Origin: Methanocaldococcus sp. 16A
GTDB taxonomy: Archaea; AGJL01; Methanococci; Methanococcales; Methanocaldococcaceae
Assembly (NCBI GenBank): GCA_049860595.1
Contig: CP187551.1
Length of the DNA stretch: 64,000 bases
Strand: one strand, 5' to 3'
Under the pieces are notes generated by a model. That model was not told the DNA's origin, ran no database searches, and was given only the letters and a program-made list of their open reading frames with translations. Position 1 is the first letter of the stretch. Each line of letters begins with the position of its first letter. Below are positions 21,947 to 33,100 of the stretch, piece after piece. The position numbers were made by a program, and so were the translations under genes.

Positions 21947-22540
21947 GTGATTTTTATGTATCTTTCACAAAATGCTATAATATTGGTTTTATTAATGTTT
22001 ATAACTTCGGCAATATATTATGCTACACTACAATCTGAAACCAAAGCAGTTGAAGATGAGATTAAAATAAAAAAATTAAGTTTATATGAGAAAAATTTGT
22101 TAAATACTTTAGAAAGAAATATTGATAAAATTGTTAATGATGCATTTATAAATGCAAGCTATAAAATAATGAGTGAAAAAAAGTTCTTTAATAACTCAGA
22201 AGAAGCAAAAAATTATATTAATTCCTATATAATAAATGAGACTAATAGGACATTGTTATGTGTAAATGACCTTTCTTTAAATATTACATATCAAATTAAA
22301 GATGTAACAATAACTAACACAACTAATCCTCTTATTATGCACATTGATATGAACATTGACTTAACATATAAAAAAACATTAAATAATGTGGTATTACAAG
22401 CTAATAAAACAATAACTATTAACAAAAATATTAAATTATCAAGAATTCCGGACCCTTATGTATACGTTAATTATGGAATATCTCAATACTACAATGGAAC
22501 ATATCCAATATTTAATTTATTTGCTAATGAAACTAATTAA
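21947..22540 (+). CDS. Pilus-locus hypothetical membrane-anchored protein
   Basis: N-terminal TM helix; IPDPY motif near the C-terminus. Confidence 0.62.
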   Translation: MIFMYLSQNAIILVLLMFITSAIYYATLQSETKAVEDEIKIKKLSLYEKNLLNTLERNIDKIVNDAFINASYKIMSEKKFFNNSEEAKNYINSYIINETNRTLLCVNDLSLNITYQIKDVTITNTTNPLIMHIDMNIDLTYKKTLNNVVLQANKTITINKNIKLSRIPDPYVYVNYGISQYYNGTYPIFNLFANETN

Positions 22541-22548
22541 TATAATAT

Positions 22549-23484
22549 TTATACAAAACTTTTTGCAGCAATAACCATATTTTTTAATTTATTAAAAGCA
22601 ACATCTATCGGCAATAACCTCATTCCACAATCAGGGTCTATTAAAATATTTTCAGATAAATTTTTATTTAATTTTTCATTATTTTTTAATATCTCTAATC
22701 CTTCCTCTATCAAGCTTTTTATCTCATCAACACTTTCAACCTTTTTAATTTTTGTATTTACACAACCAAAGCCTACTTTCTTTTCTATACTTTCTAAAAT
22801 ATCCAAATTTTTTTTATTTGAAGCGAATTCATGGTCTAAAATATCCACGTTAAATTTATTTAGTTCGTCAATAATATTATATACATCCCCACATACATGC
22901 ATGACAAACTTAATATCTAAACCATTAACTATAATATCTATAGCCTTTCTTGCTACATCAAAATCATATAAACCAGTTGATAGTATTGGTTCATCAATCT
23001 GTATTATTGGAACATGCTTTTTTAGTGCCTCAACCTCCTTCCTAAGAGCTTTAGCAATATCATAAATTAAATTTTCATCTTTGTTATCTGAGTAATAACT
23101 TTCAACCCTAACAGACGAAGCTATTGTACAAGGTCCTGTTATAATACCTTTAACTTCAACATTTGGGTTGAGTTTTTTAGCTATATTCTTAGCATATAAA
23201 ATATCTTTTAGTGTTATTGGTTTTATAAACTCTATTTTGCCAAGAACTCTCTTTCCATCAAAACCATACATATTGTTTGTAAAAATCTCAACCATGTCTC
23301 CCCTAACTTGCCCATCGCTTATAATTTCAATCCCTGCTTTAACTTGGTCTTCAACTGCTCTTTCAATAGCATATTTATATTCGTCATATAAACCAAGTGC
23401 TTTTTTTACCTTATCTAAAAATGTTTCTTCCTTTTTAACTACTGGATAACTACCAACAACTGTTGTTATCATCATTACCACCAT
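22549..23484 (-). CDS. metE: Methionine synthase, archaeal core MetE type
   Basis: TTVVGSYP, SDGQVR, IQIDEP, HVC and DPDCGM Zn ligands. Confidence 0.92.
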   Translation of the reverse strand: MVVMMITTVVGSYPVVKKEETFLDKVKKALGLYDEYKYAIERAVEDQVKAGIEIISDGQVRGDMVEIFTNNMYGFDGKRVLGKIEFIKPITLKDILYAKNIAKKLNPNVEVKGIITGPCTIASSVRVESYYSDNKDENLIYDIAKALRKEVEALKKHVPIIQIDEPILSTGLYDFDVARKAIDIIVNGLDIKFVMHVCGDVYNIIDELNKFNVDILDHEFASNKKNLDILESIEKKVGFGCVNTKIKKVESVDEIKSLIEEGLEILKNNEKLNKNLSENILIDPDCGMRLLPIDVAFNKLKNMVIAAKSFV

Positions 23485-23578
23485 ACAAAAAAAATCTTAA
23501 ACAACAACAATATAAATTATTATATTAGTATTTTGATATTATATTACTAATAAAAATTTCAGTTTTTGGTGAGATATT

Positions 23579-24364
23579 ATGGGAACATACAATCTTAGTC
23601 CAGATTTAGACCCAAGAAAAGACCATATACTTTATAAAGATAATGAACACATGGTAGTATATTTAGGAACATTTTCAGGAGGTAGCACTACTGGTAACCA
23701 TAGTGATGTTGATGTTAATAGCTACTTAATAATAAATAAGGGTAAAGGGTTCTTGTTAGACCCAGGAGGATATAGAATATTTCCAAAAGTTCTTTCAAAT
23801 ATTTCTAAATATATAAATCCAAAAAATGTTGAATATATTTATATGTGCCACCAAGACCCTGATGTGGCAGGAAGTATTCCTCTTTGGAGAACAATAACCA
23901 ATGCTAAACTTGTAATTAGTTGGCTTTGGGTTAGGTTTTTACCACACTTTGGATTTGAAGAGGTGGAGAGTGTAGCGTATCCTCTCCCTGATGAAGGAGA
24001 AACTCTAAAATTTGGTTCAACAACTTTAGAATTTATACCTGCACACTTCCTTCATAGTCCAGGGCATTTTACAATATATGATAGAAGGAGTAAATTCTTA
24101 TTTACTGGAGATATTGGAATAGCAATGTTAGACGAGCCTATATTAGTAGTTGAAAATATGGAAAAACATATTCAAGCTATGAAACCACTTCATGAAAGAT
24201 TAATGGCAAGCAATATAGCAATAAAAAATTGGCTTAAAAAAGTTCGTGGTTTAGATATTGAAGCTATTGTGCCCCAACATGGCGGTATTATTCCAAAAAA
24301 ACATGTTAATAGATTTTTTAACTTCTTAGATACTTTGAAATGTGGTGTTGATTTAATGAGGTGA
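23579..24364 (+). CDS. Metallo-beta-lactamase-fold di-iron protein (ODP-like)
   Basis: [33 protein letters not shown]; overlaps the MCP gene. Confidence 0.8.
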   Translation: MGTYNLSPDLDPRKDHILYKDNEHMVVYLGTFSGGSTTGNHSDVDVNSYLIINKGKGFLLDPGGYRIFPKVLSNISKYINPKNVEYIYMCHQDPDVAGSIPLWRTITNAKLVISWLWVRFLPHFGFEEVESVAYPLPDEGETLKFGSTTLEFIPAHFLHSPGHFTIYDRRSKFLFTGDIGIAMLDEPILVVENMEKHIQAMKPLHERLMASNIAIKNWLKKVRGLDIEAIVPQHGGIIPKKHVNRFFNFLDTLKCGVDLMR

Positions 24365-25122
24365 GTTTTATGAGTATGGATGATGTAATAAAAGCTTCTG
24401 AAGTTCTTTCAAATGCCGTAAGATTGGAGGCGGGCAATAAAGAAACCTCAAAAATAATAAATGAATTGGCTGAAGAAATTAGTGGAAAATTCTTAGAAAA
24501 TAACAATGCCATTATTGAAAACCTTAACAAACTCTCACATATTGTAAATGAACTTGAAAAATTTAGAAATGATTTTTTACCATTTTTTCAAAAGCTTGAA
24601 AATTTTGCAAATGAATTTAGCAAGCTCGTTAAAAATCTTGAATATATATCTGAAATAAGTAATTCAATAAGCAATGTAGCAAAACAAACTAATTTAGTAG
24701 CATTAAACGCATCAATTGAAGCTGAAAGGGCTAAAGAATACGGGAGAGGATTTGCAGTTGTTGCTGATGAAATAAGAAGAATGGCTACTCAAACGATGAA
24801 TCTCACAAAAGAAATTAAAAGATTTAATTCTGAAGTAATGAATGAATTAGAATCTTTAAAAGAGGTCTTGGATGTTATAGACAAAATAAAAGAAGGTACA
24901 GAAATTTTGGGTAAAGATATTAATGAAATTATTGAAATAAGTAAGACATTAGATAAAATTTCAAAAGAACAGGACATTGTAGTTCATGATATAAAAGGTC
25001 TAAGTGGGATATCAATAGCATTAGAAGCCTTCAGTGAACTACAAGAAAAATTTAATAAAGATTTAAGTGACCTTTTAATTCAACTATCTGCTAAAGTTTC
25101 TAAAGAAGAAGAAAAAAAATAA
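24361..25122 (+). CDS. Soluble methyl-accepting chemotaxis protein (signalling domain only)
   Basis: [25 protein letters not shown]; no TM segments. Confidence 0.88.
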   Translation: MSFMSMDDVIKASEVLSNAVRLEAGNKETSKIINELAEEISGKFLENNNAIIENLNKLSHIVNELEKFRNDFLPFFQKLENFANEFSKLVKNLEYISEISNSISNVAKQTNLVALNASIEAERAKEYGRGFAVVADEIRRMATQTMNLTKEIKRFNSEVMNELESLKEVLDVIDKIKEGTEILGKDINEIIEISKTLDKISKEQDIVVHDIKGLSGISIALEAFSELQEKFNKDLSDLLIQLSAKVSKEEEKK

Positions 25123-25280
25123 ATTAATATTTATTAAAGTTTCTTAATTAATATATTCTTTATTGTAAATTGTTAATATCTTTTTATTTTTTTCAGATAT
25201 CACTTTAATATGTCTTTTTTAATACAATGTTTAATAAAGTCTCTAATAGAAAATTTCTATAAACTTACAATTATTCAATT

Positions 25281-25302
25281 ATAGGACTTTTGTAGTATAT
25301 AT
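25281..25302. repeat. Isolated arm of the MITE-like repeat
   Basis: ATAGGACTTTTGTAGTATAT resembles the terminal repeat of the other copies. Confidence 0.5.
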
Positions 25303-25358
25303 TATTAAATTTGAAAGTTTAACATATTTAATATTTAACTAATATAGGATGTGGGACT

Positions 25359-25856
25359 ATGAAGATTAAGGTGTTAGATGCTTCAGCTATTATTCATGGA
25401 TACAACCCAATTATAGAAGAGGGATTACACTATATAACCCCAGAAGTTTTGGAAGAGATAGAATCAAAAAAAATTATTGTTGAACAGGCACTAAATTTTG
25501 GAAAATTGAAAATTATGAGTCCTAATAAGGAATGTATAAAAAAGGTTGAAGAAGTTGTTAAAAAAACTGGAGATAATTTATCTCAGCAAGATATTGGCAT
25601 CTTAGCTTTAGCTTTAAATTTAAATGCTATTTTATACACTGATGACTACGGTATTCAAAATGTGGCTAAAAAATTAAATATTGAAGTTAAAGGAGTTTCT
25701 TTTGAACCAACAGATAAAGATTTTGTTTGGAGGAAGGTTTGTGAAGGTTGTAAAAAACTTTACCCAGTAGATTATAAAGAAGATGTCTGCGAGATTTGTG
25801 GAAGCCTATTAAAAAGGAAGATGGTTAAATCAAGATTAAGGAAAAAGAAGAAATAA
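25359..25856 (+). CDS. nob1: NOB1 family PIN endonuclease
   Basis: VLDASA, LSQQD, TDDYGIQNVA, C-terminal CEGC..CEICG Zn ribbon. Confidence 0.9.
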   Translation: MKIKVLDASAIIHGYNPIIEEGLHYITPEVLEEIESKKIIVEQALNFGKLKIMSPNKECIKKVEEVVKKTGDNLSQQDIGILALALNLNAILYTDDYGIQNVAKKLNIEVKGVSFEPTDKDFVWRKVCEGCKKLYPVDYKEDVCEICGSLLKRKMVKSRLRKKKK

Positions 25857-25878
25857 CAAAAATAAGCTTAGTGATTAT

Positions 25879-26256
25879 ATGAAAAAGTTAATAGCAAAAA
25901 CAAAGGATGAATTGATTGAAAAAATTAAAGAATGTGAAAATGAGGATGAGATTTATATAAACTTAGAGTTAGATAGAGATGTAGCCATTGCTTTATTGGA
26001 AAATTGTGAGCCAAAGAAGATATATTTGCCAAAATCAAAATATAAGAGGTCTTCAAAGAAAATTATAAAGGCTTTAGAAGGTGTAGATGTTGAAGTTATC
26101 CCTGTAGAAGCAAAAACAGGAAGACCTACAAACGTAGATAAGATTATTAAAAAATATCTCGACAAAAAACCTAAAGAAATTGCTGAAATTACTGGGATTA
26201 ATTTAAAAACTGTTGAATATCATTATTATAAATTAAAAAAGGAAAAGAAACAGTGA
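25879..26256 (+). CDS. Hypothetical protein with C-terminal HTH
   Basis: GRP...PKEIAEITGINLKTVEYH. Confidence 0.7.
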   Translation: MKKLIAKTKDELIEKIKECENEDEIYINLELDRDVAIALLENCEPKKIYLPKSKYKRSSKKIIKALEGVDVEVIPVEAKTGRPTNVDKIIKKYLDKKPKEIAEITGINLKTVEYHYYKLKKEKKQ

Positions 26257-26260
26257 TATT

Positions 26261-26944
26261 ATGATTTCTGTCATCTTAATTAATCCAAAATACAGTGGAA
26301 ATGTTGGTAGTATAGCAAGAGTTATGATGAATTTTGGATTTGATGAACTTAGAATAGTTGGAGATAAAAGCATAATAAATAATGAAGCCTATATGATGGC
26401 AGTCCATGCAAAGGAAATTTTAGATAATGCCAAATTTTACAAAACCTTTGATGAAGCAATAAAAGATTTAGATTTTGTTATAGCCACTTCAGGGGCAAGA
26501 GGAGGAGATAGAAATTTAAAGAGAGTTCCAATTACTCCAAAAGATTTGGCAAATAAAATCTTAGAGGTTAAAGGAAATATAGGAATTGTTTTTGGTAGGG
26601 AAGATGATGGATTGAGAAATGAAGAGATAGACAAATGTGATTTGTTAGTTTCTATACCAACATCTGAGAAATATCCAATTATGAACTTATCTCATGCTGT
26701 TGCAGTTATCTTATATGAAATTTATGTAAAAAAAGTTGAAAATAGATTTTTAGATATAAGGATGAGGGAAGCTTCAAAAGAAGACAAAGAGCTTTTAATT
26801 AAAAAGTTTAATGAATTTATAGATAAAAATGAAAAAATCCCTGAGCATAAAAAAGAACTCTGCAAAGTCATTTTTAAAAGATTGGTGAATAGAGCTTTTA
26901 TAAGTGGAAAAGAGGCATGGACATTAATGAGTGCATTTAAATAA
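26261..26944 (+). CDS. trmJ: SPOUT tRNA 2'-O-methyltransferase, TrmJ/LasT family
   Basis: PKYSGNVGSIARVM, VFGREDDGL, MNLSHAV. Confidence 0.85.
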   Translation: MISVILINPKYSGNVGSIARVMMNFGFDELRIVGDKSIINNEAYMMAVHAKEILDNAKFYKTFDEAIKDLDFVIATSGARGGDRNLKRVPITPKDLANKILEVKGNIGIVFGREDDGLRNEEIDKCDLLVSIPTSEKYPIMNLSHAVAVILYEIYVKKVENRFLDIRMREASKEDKELLIKKFNEFIDKNEKIPEHKKELCKVIFKRLVNRAFISGKEAWTLMSAFK

Positions 26945-27142
26945 TTATTTATTTTTTTACTTAATTTACTTTATTTTTTTAAATGAATTTAATAAATTAA
27001 AGTTAAGTTTATATATTTTTCGGTTTTTAATAAATAGTAAAAGATATATATATAAGATTATTTTTAGATTAATTAATAACAATATATCTATTTTAGAGAA
27101 TTATACTTTAAGATTGTAAAGTAAGTAAATGGTGATAAAATT

Positions 27143-30100
27143 ATGATGAAGGTAGGAAAATATATATTGTTTTTAATTTATTTAACTTTGCTATGTGCTG
27201 GAAGCGTATGGGGGGAGGATATATATAATTTATCATCAGAGACATTTAAATTCAAGTATGTTTTCCCGTTAGTGTATAATCCACCAATATGGGGTACGGA
27301 CTATTATGGTAGTGGGCTTAAAATTATCTCATTAGAACAAGATACTCAAATACTAATTGATGCTAATTTTAACGGTCCAGATAGCTCAGACCCTGTATAT
27401 AATATATCTCCAGGAGGTAGGCTCTATATTGGAGATTTTCCAGACATTTCTAATTATCAAAAAATTAAATGGGATAAAAATCCTATAATAATCTATTCAA
27501 ATAAACCTATTATAATTAGTTTCCAATATGATACTCAGGATTGGGGAGATTACGATGATGCTTACATAACTTATGCTGCTCCACAGCCAGGTACAAAATT
27601 AATAGGTGTTAATGTTAAATCTCTCTATATAACACCAACTGAGAAAGGAACAAACGTATATATTAATGGCAAAAACATGGGGTATATTGAATATGGTCAA
27701 GTTTTGAATGTTAACTTTTCAACACCTCAGACAGTTGTTTTAACTGCTGATTCTCCAATAGTGGCGGTTTCAGTAAATATAGACCCAAGTGTAAGGAGTA
27801 GAACCTATGCCTTTCCACTAATGCCCCCAATGAGTGGAAAGTTTTTGATTCCTAATTCTATTAAAAACTATGCGAAAGATATGAACGCTCTTAGTGTAGA
27901 TGAATACTATGTCGTTTTAGATTCTAATGGAAACATTGTAATGAACCAAACTCTTCCTTCTAATCCACAAGTAATAACTTTAAACAACTCGGAAGTCTTT
28001 GTTTTTAGAACATTTTACTATCAAGATCCATGGGGAGGTAATGCTCCAAGATATGCAATGTGTGCACAGGCAGTTAAACCTGCAGAATATTCTACATTAT
28101 ATGGTGAAATTAGTCCTGTTAATGAACATACCGTAGATACACAACTAAGATTCTATGCTGCTGGCAATGTAACTGTTTATAAAGACTATGGAGCGGATGG
28201 TAGTATAGATTCTGTTGAAACACTACCTGCTGGATCAATATACAAGTTCTCATGTCGAGAGGATCAACCAGATAAGAGAATTGCAATATATGTTTATGGA
28301 AACATTAGTGGATATTGTATATTTGGTATAGGCTGGAGCCATCAAATTGAAGGGGCTGTAGAGAGAGGAAGTTCTCCACAGTTGGTAGTCTCTCAAATCA
28401 CCAACACACCTAAAAAATCTGTAGCAATACTAACAATAGACAAAAACAATCTAAATGAGGATGAATTGAACCTAAAGCAAACTCTTGAAAAATACTATGA
28501 TGTAGATATTCTTGATCCATCAGACTATCAGAAATTTTCAGATTATAAAGTTCTGTACATGAGAGAAGGTTCTGAACCTATAGAATATAACAATGCTACA
28601 GTAATTCAGAGTTTAAAAGATGCTGTCAGGAGCGGTTCTACTTTAATTACTGAAGCTTATGGACATTATTTGATTCAGTATATGGGATTAGGTAGTGTAA
28701 TTATATCTACATACTGGCCTGTTGTACATGATGAATGGTACTATGTTATGCCATGTACTACACATCCTATATTCAATGGAATTCCAACATGGGACAATCC
28801 TGTGCCTCCAGATAAGGAGGAGCAACTTATATTCCGAATAAAACCTGGTACTATACCTATCGTACATGTAAAGATTGATGGAGCTCAGGAAATTAAAGCT
28901 TATATTTTATGGACTACGTATGGATGGCCATATCAAAGTCGAACAGGTCTTGTAAATAAAACACTCTGTGAGATGTTTCCTGGAGCTTGTAGTTCTGAGA
29001 GGTCTGTGATAATTAGAACTATTGCACTTGATAAAAACTACGATGATGGGAAAATATTTGCAGTTGTAGGTTTGGGTAGTAGATCAATAAAATACCTCGA
29101 TAAAATTGGTTATGTTGGAGAGCTTTTAAGGAAAAATGCAGTGATGTATGGTTTGGGTAATACCACTACAACAAATATAACTAATGAAAATGAAACAAGA
29201 AATAGTACAATATCTCAACAACTAATACAGATTCCAAAAAGTGCATATATAGAAGCGTTACATGAAGAAGTAGAAGACCATGTATCATTTGGATGGTTGA
29301 GAGTTGCTCTATTTAATAGTACAGAAATGGGTATAATACCAATTGGAAATACGAAATTAAACATATATTTTGTACTTAATACGCCTTATAAACAAGGAAC
29401 TGTGAAGGTTTATGGGTCCATTATAACCACAGATACTAAATACAACTTTACATATTCTGCAAATGTTTCATCAATATATGACGCTACGAGTGGTATGTAT
29501 GGAATAACAATTCATGGGCTTGATAATATTAAAATCCCTGAAAATCCAAATTTATATGGATTAGGCGTACTTAATTTATCGATTCCTGATCTTGGACTAA
29601 AAATAGTAGCGCCTGTTTATATTACTCCATTTGAATTAATTCCTATTGATAAGTACGGAATTTACGTGAATGAAACATGTAATTATATTAATAATACAGA
29701 GCCTTTATTTATCAGAATAAAATACATTGGTTCTAAGAAGGGATGGCCTGCTATAATATCTATGCCACTCTATGAGCAATATCTTGTTTATAGGTCTTAT
29801 AACAATAGTCCTATATTTGCTAAAGAATTAACATGGAGATTAGCTAAGCTGGAGTTATATGGATTAACTGAGCTTACTAAAAAATATCCTAATGCAAATG
29901 TAATAATAGTAGAAAATGATAATTGTTACAAAAGTACATATTCATACTTTATAAATAATTATATAGGCACTACCGGGTATTACAATTATTGGAAAGATGA
30001 AATATCTAATTTAGTTAATAATTTAATTAGGAGAAATGTAACAATAATAGTTGGTACTGTTCCTCATCCAACATGTTCTTATGAGAGTTATGTAACTACA

Positions 30101-33100
30101 CGTACATATCCAGTGGCCTATATGTCCTACTCAATGGCAGCAAATGGTTTAAGTATATATAATGGAAGTTGGAGGGCCATAACTATTTCACCAAGTGACA
30201 GCTATATAAATTCAAAACTCAAATTTTTAGAACGCAAATTGACATATATACATAGAGAAGAAGAAGAGATATCATATCCAAAGGATATCCATGCGCCATA
30301 TTTGGGGGCATATTGGGATGAGAATCAGAAGAAAGAGATAGTATCATTACTTACAGAAACTTCTGAAGATTTAGAAAACTATATCAATAGATACCGCATG
30401 ATAAACATATCAAAAAATATCATATATGACAATATATTCTCCGATAAATTCTATATATATCATATATATAATAAATACCCCTATTTGTCATCTGATAGCT
30501 TAGCAGACAATAACACTGACACTTTACAAATTAGGATATATAAACCAGGACAGCCAGTATTAAAAATATCTCCTACAGCATTTGAAATAAAGACTAATTT
30601 TAATGAAAATATACTTTCTCCAGTACTAAATGTTAATGAGAGTAAAAATCTTGTATTTAATAACTCAAATGCTATTTTCTACCTTACACCTATAGGTTCA
30701 AAAATGGTAGGAAAAACATTATTTGGTTTGATTTCACAAGATATTAAACAGTCACCAGGTGATGCAATAGTAATACTTAGTGAAGTTACAAAAAAAGTGA
30801 CAATATTAAATAACCCTGTAGATGTTATATATTATGAGAAAATGTATACTCCTACTTTGTATGATGACATGATATGTATAGGTACACCTGTATATAACTT
30901 TGTAGCCCCAATAGTTAAAGAGGCTATGATAGGTAAGGCAATTGTAGAAGCTCCTATGTCACATGGAATAACCTTAGTTACAATTCCTGCAATTGTGTTA
31001 AGTATGCCTGATGAAATTGATTTTGAACAGGAAATGTACTATACATCATGCTGGGTTAGCGATATAAACGATCTCATGATTATAAGTGACTTACAGGAGC
31101 TAAACTACCCTTACTACTATAAAACAATAATGAATAGGAAAGAGAAAAATATTCTAAATGTTGTACGAGAAGTTCTAGAATTTACAGAACCTTATGTAGA
31201 TATAGTAGAATCTAGTACTGATTATATCATATCCTATGATATGAGGCGTAAGCCATTTTGGTATATTACACACAAAACTCCAATAAAGGCTAAACACATA
31301 AGAGGTGTTTTAACACCTATTAATGTGGGTGCAAAAATAATATTAGCAATATCTGATATTCTACACTCATATCACAATACAATAGAACTTGGAGATTTTA
31401 ACAGGGCTCAATTAACCTACTTTGGATATCCAGATTCAAATTACGATGATCCAGTTAATATAACGCCTATAAATGTTACACCATTACCAAAACAAGTGAA
31501 TATTTCAATATCCCTTGAGCCAAATGTAACAAAAATAGACAATTACACAATAATAATCGCAAAAGATCTAAAAATAAATGTTACTCCAAATATTTCCTAT
31601 GAAAATGCATCCTACATAGATGTCTATTCATCACCTTATGCATTGCCACAGATATACTTTAAGATATATGCTCTAGTGAATCAATCTTTGACATATCTCA
31701 CTATAAACATCTCAAACAATGAAACAATAAAAAATGTAACATTACCTATCGTTGGAGGATATACTGTCCTTAAATCTGATCTATATCCAGTAACTCCTAT
31801 ATATGTAAGGCAATTCATGACACAAGAAAACTACAGTATAATTGAAATTTATGTATCGCCAGCAATATACAACACCAGTTCAAAAGATGTAATATTCCTT
31901 AAGAATATTAAATTATCATTAAAAACAGGAAGTTACAAGCCTCATAAACTTCATGTTATCTCATATCCTAACTTCATTGGACTAAGTAACTATCCAGCAA
32001 ACATAACATTAAAATTCTTCAACGATGTCAGATTTACACCTGGTAATATAACAAATATAACAGTATCTATACATCCTGGTGAAGCTATTATTTGCAATAT
32101 CCACAACATTAGCATCAATAAACTTGGAGAAGAATATCCAAATAATACATATTATACTACTTTAACTATTTCACCGAAAAATTCAGTATCAGAAGAGAAA
32201 CTAACATATATCAACCTTAGCATCAAATATAATGTCCAAAATGATAAGAAAACAATGAATTACTCCATTCCTGTAAAACTTATACCTTCAAATATCATTG
32301 ATCTATCTATTGAAAGTATAAATATTTCAAATAAGATGGTTGTCGGTGAAACATATCTAATTTCAGCAAAAATCAAGAATAACGGTAAATATGATATGAT
32401 AAATATCCCTATAAGATTATTCTTTGACCTACAAAAAGTTGATGAAGTTGTAATAGATAGGCTTAATGCTGATGAAGAAAAAACTATCTATTTACTATTA
32501 ACGCCTAATCATGCAAGCGAACATAACATTACTGTAGCAGTCCAAGCATTCTCTGAAGAGGTAAATAGATCCAACAACTTCATTACAACTAGTGTAAAAG
32601 TATTTGCAAAACCAGTTGCGTTATTTAACTACACACCAGTTAATCCAACAACTTCAGATACAATTAATTTTACAGATGAATCCTATGACTTAGATGGAAA
32701 TATTACCTCATGGCATTGGGACTTTGGAGATGGAACTACTTCCAATGTCCAAAATCCAACCCACAAATATACAAGACCAGGAAGATATGTTGTTACATTA
32801 ACAGTTACTGACAACGATGGATACAACTCTTCAATATCAAAAACTATTGTCGTAAGAGCTCCATCAAGCCATGCACATGGTTCATACTACTACGGTGGTG
32901 GAGGAGGCGGAGGAATATCAAGAGTAGGTGAAAAGTATCCAGAAGTAGCACATGACATTAAATCAGAGAAAATAAAAGAAATCGTCCATAAGGCAAAATT
33001 AATCTTAGGTTCAGAGATAGATAAAGATTTATCAGCAAAAGAGCTTAAAACTGAAGTAGAATTAACAAAACAACCAATAGATATAACAGAGGACTGCATA

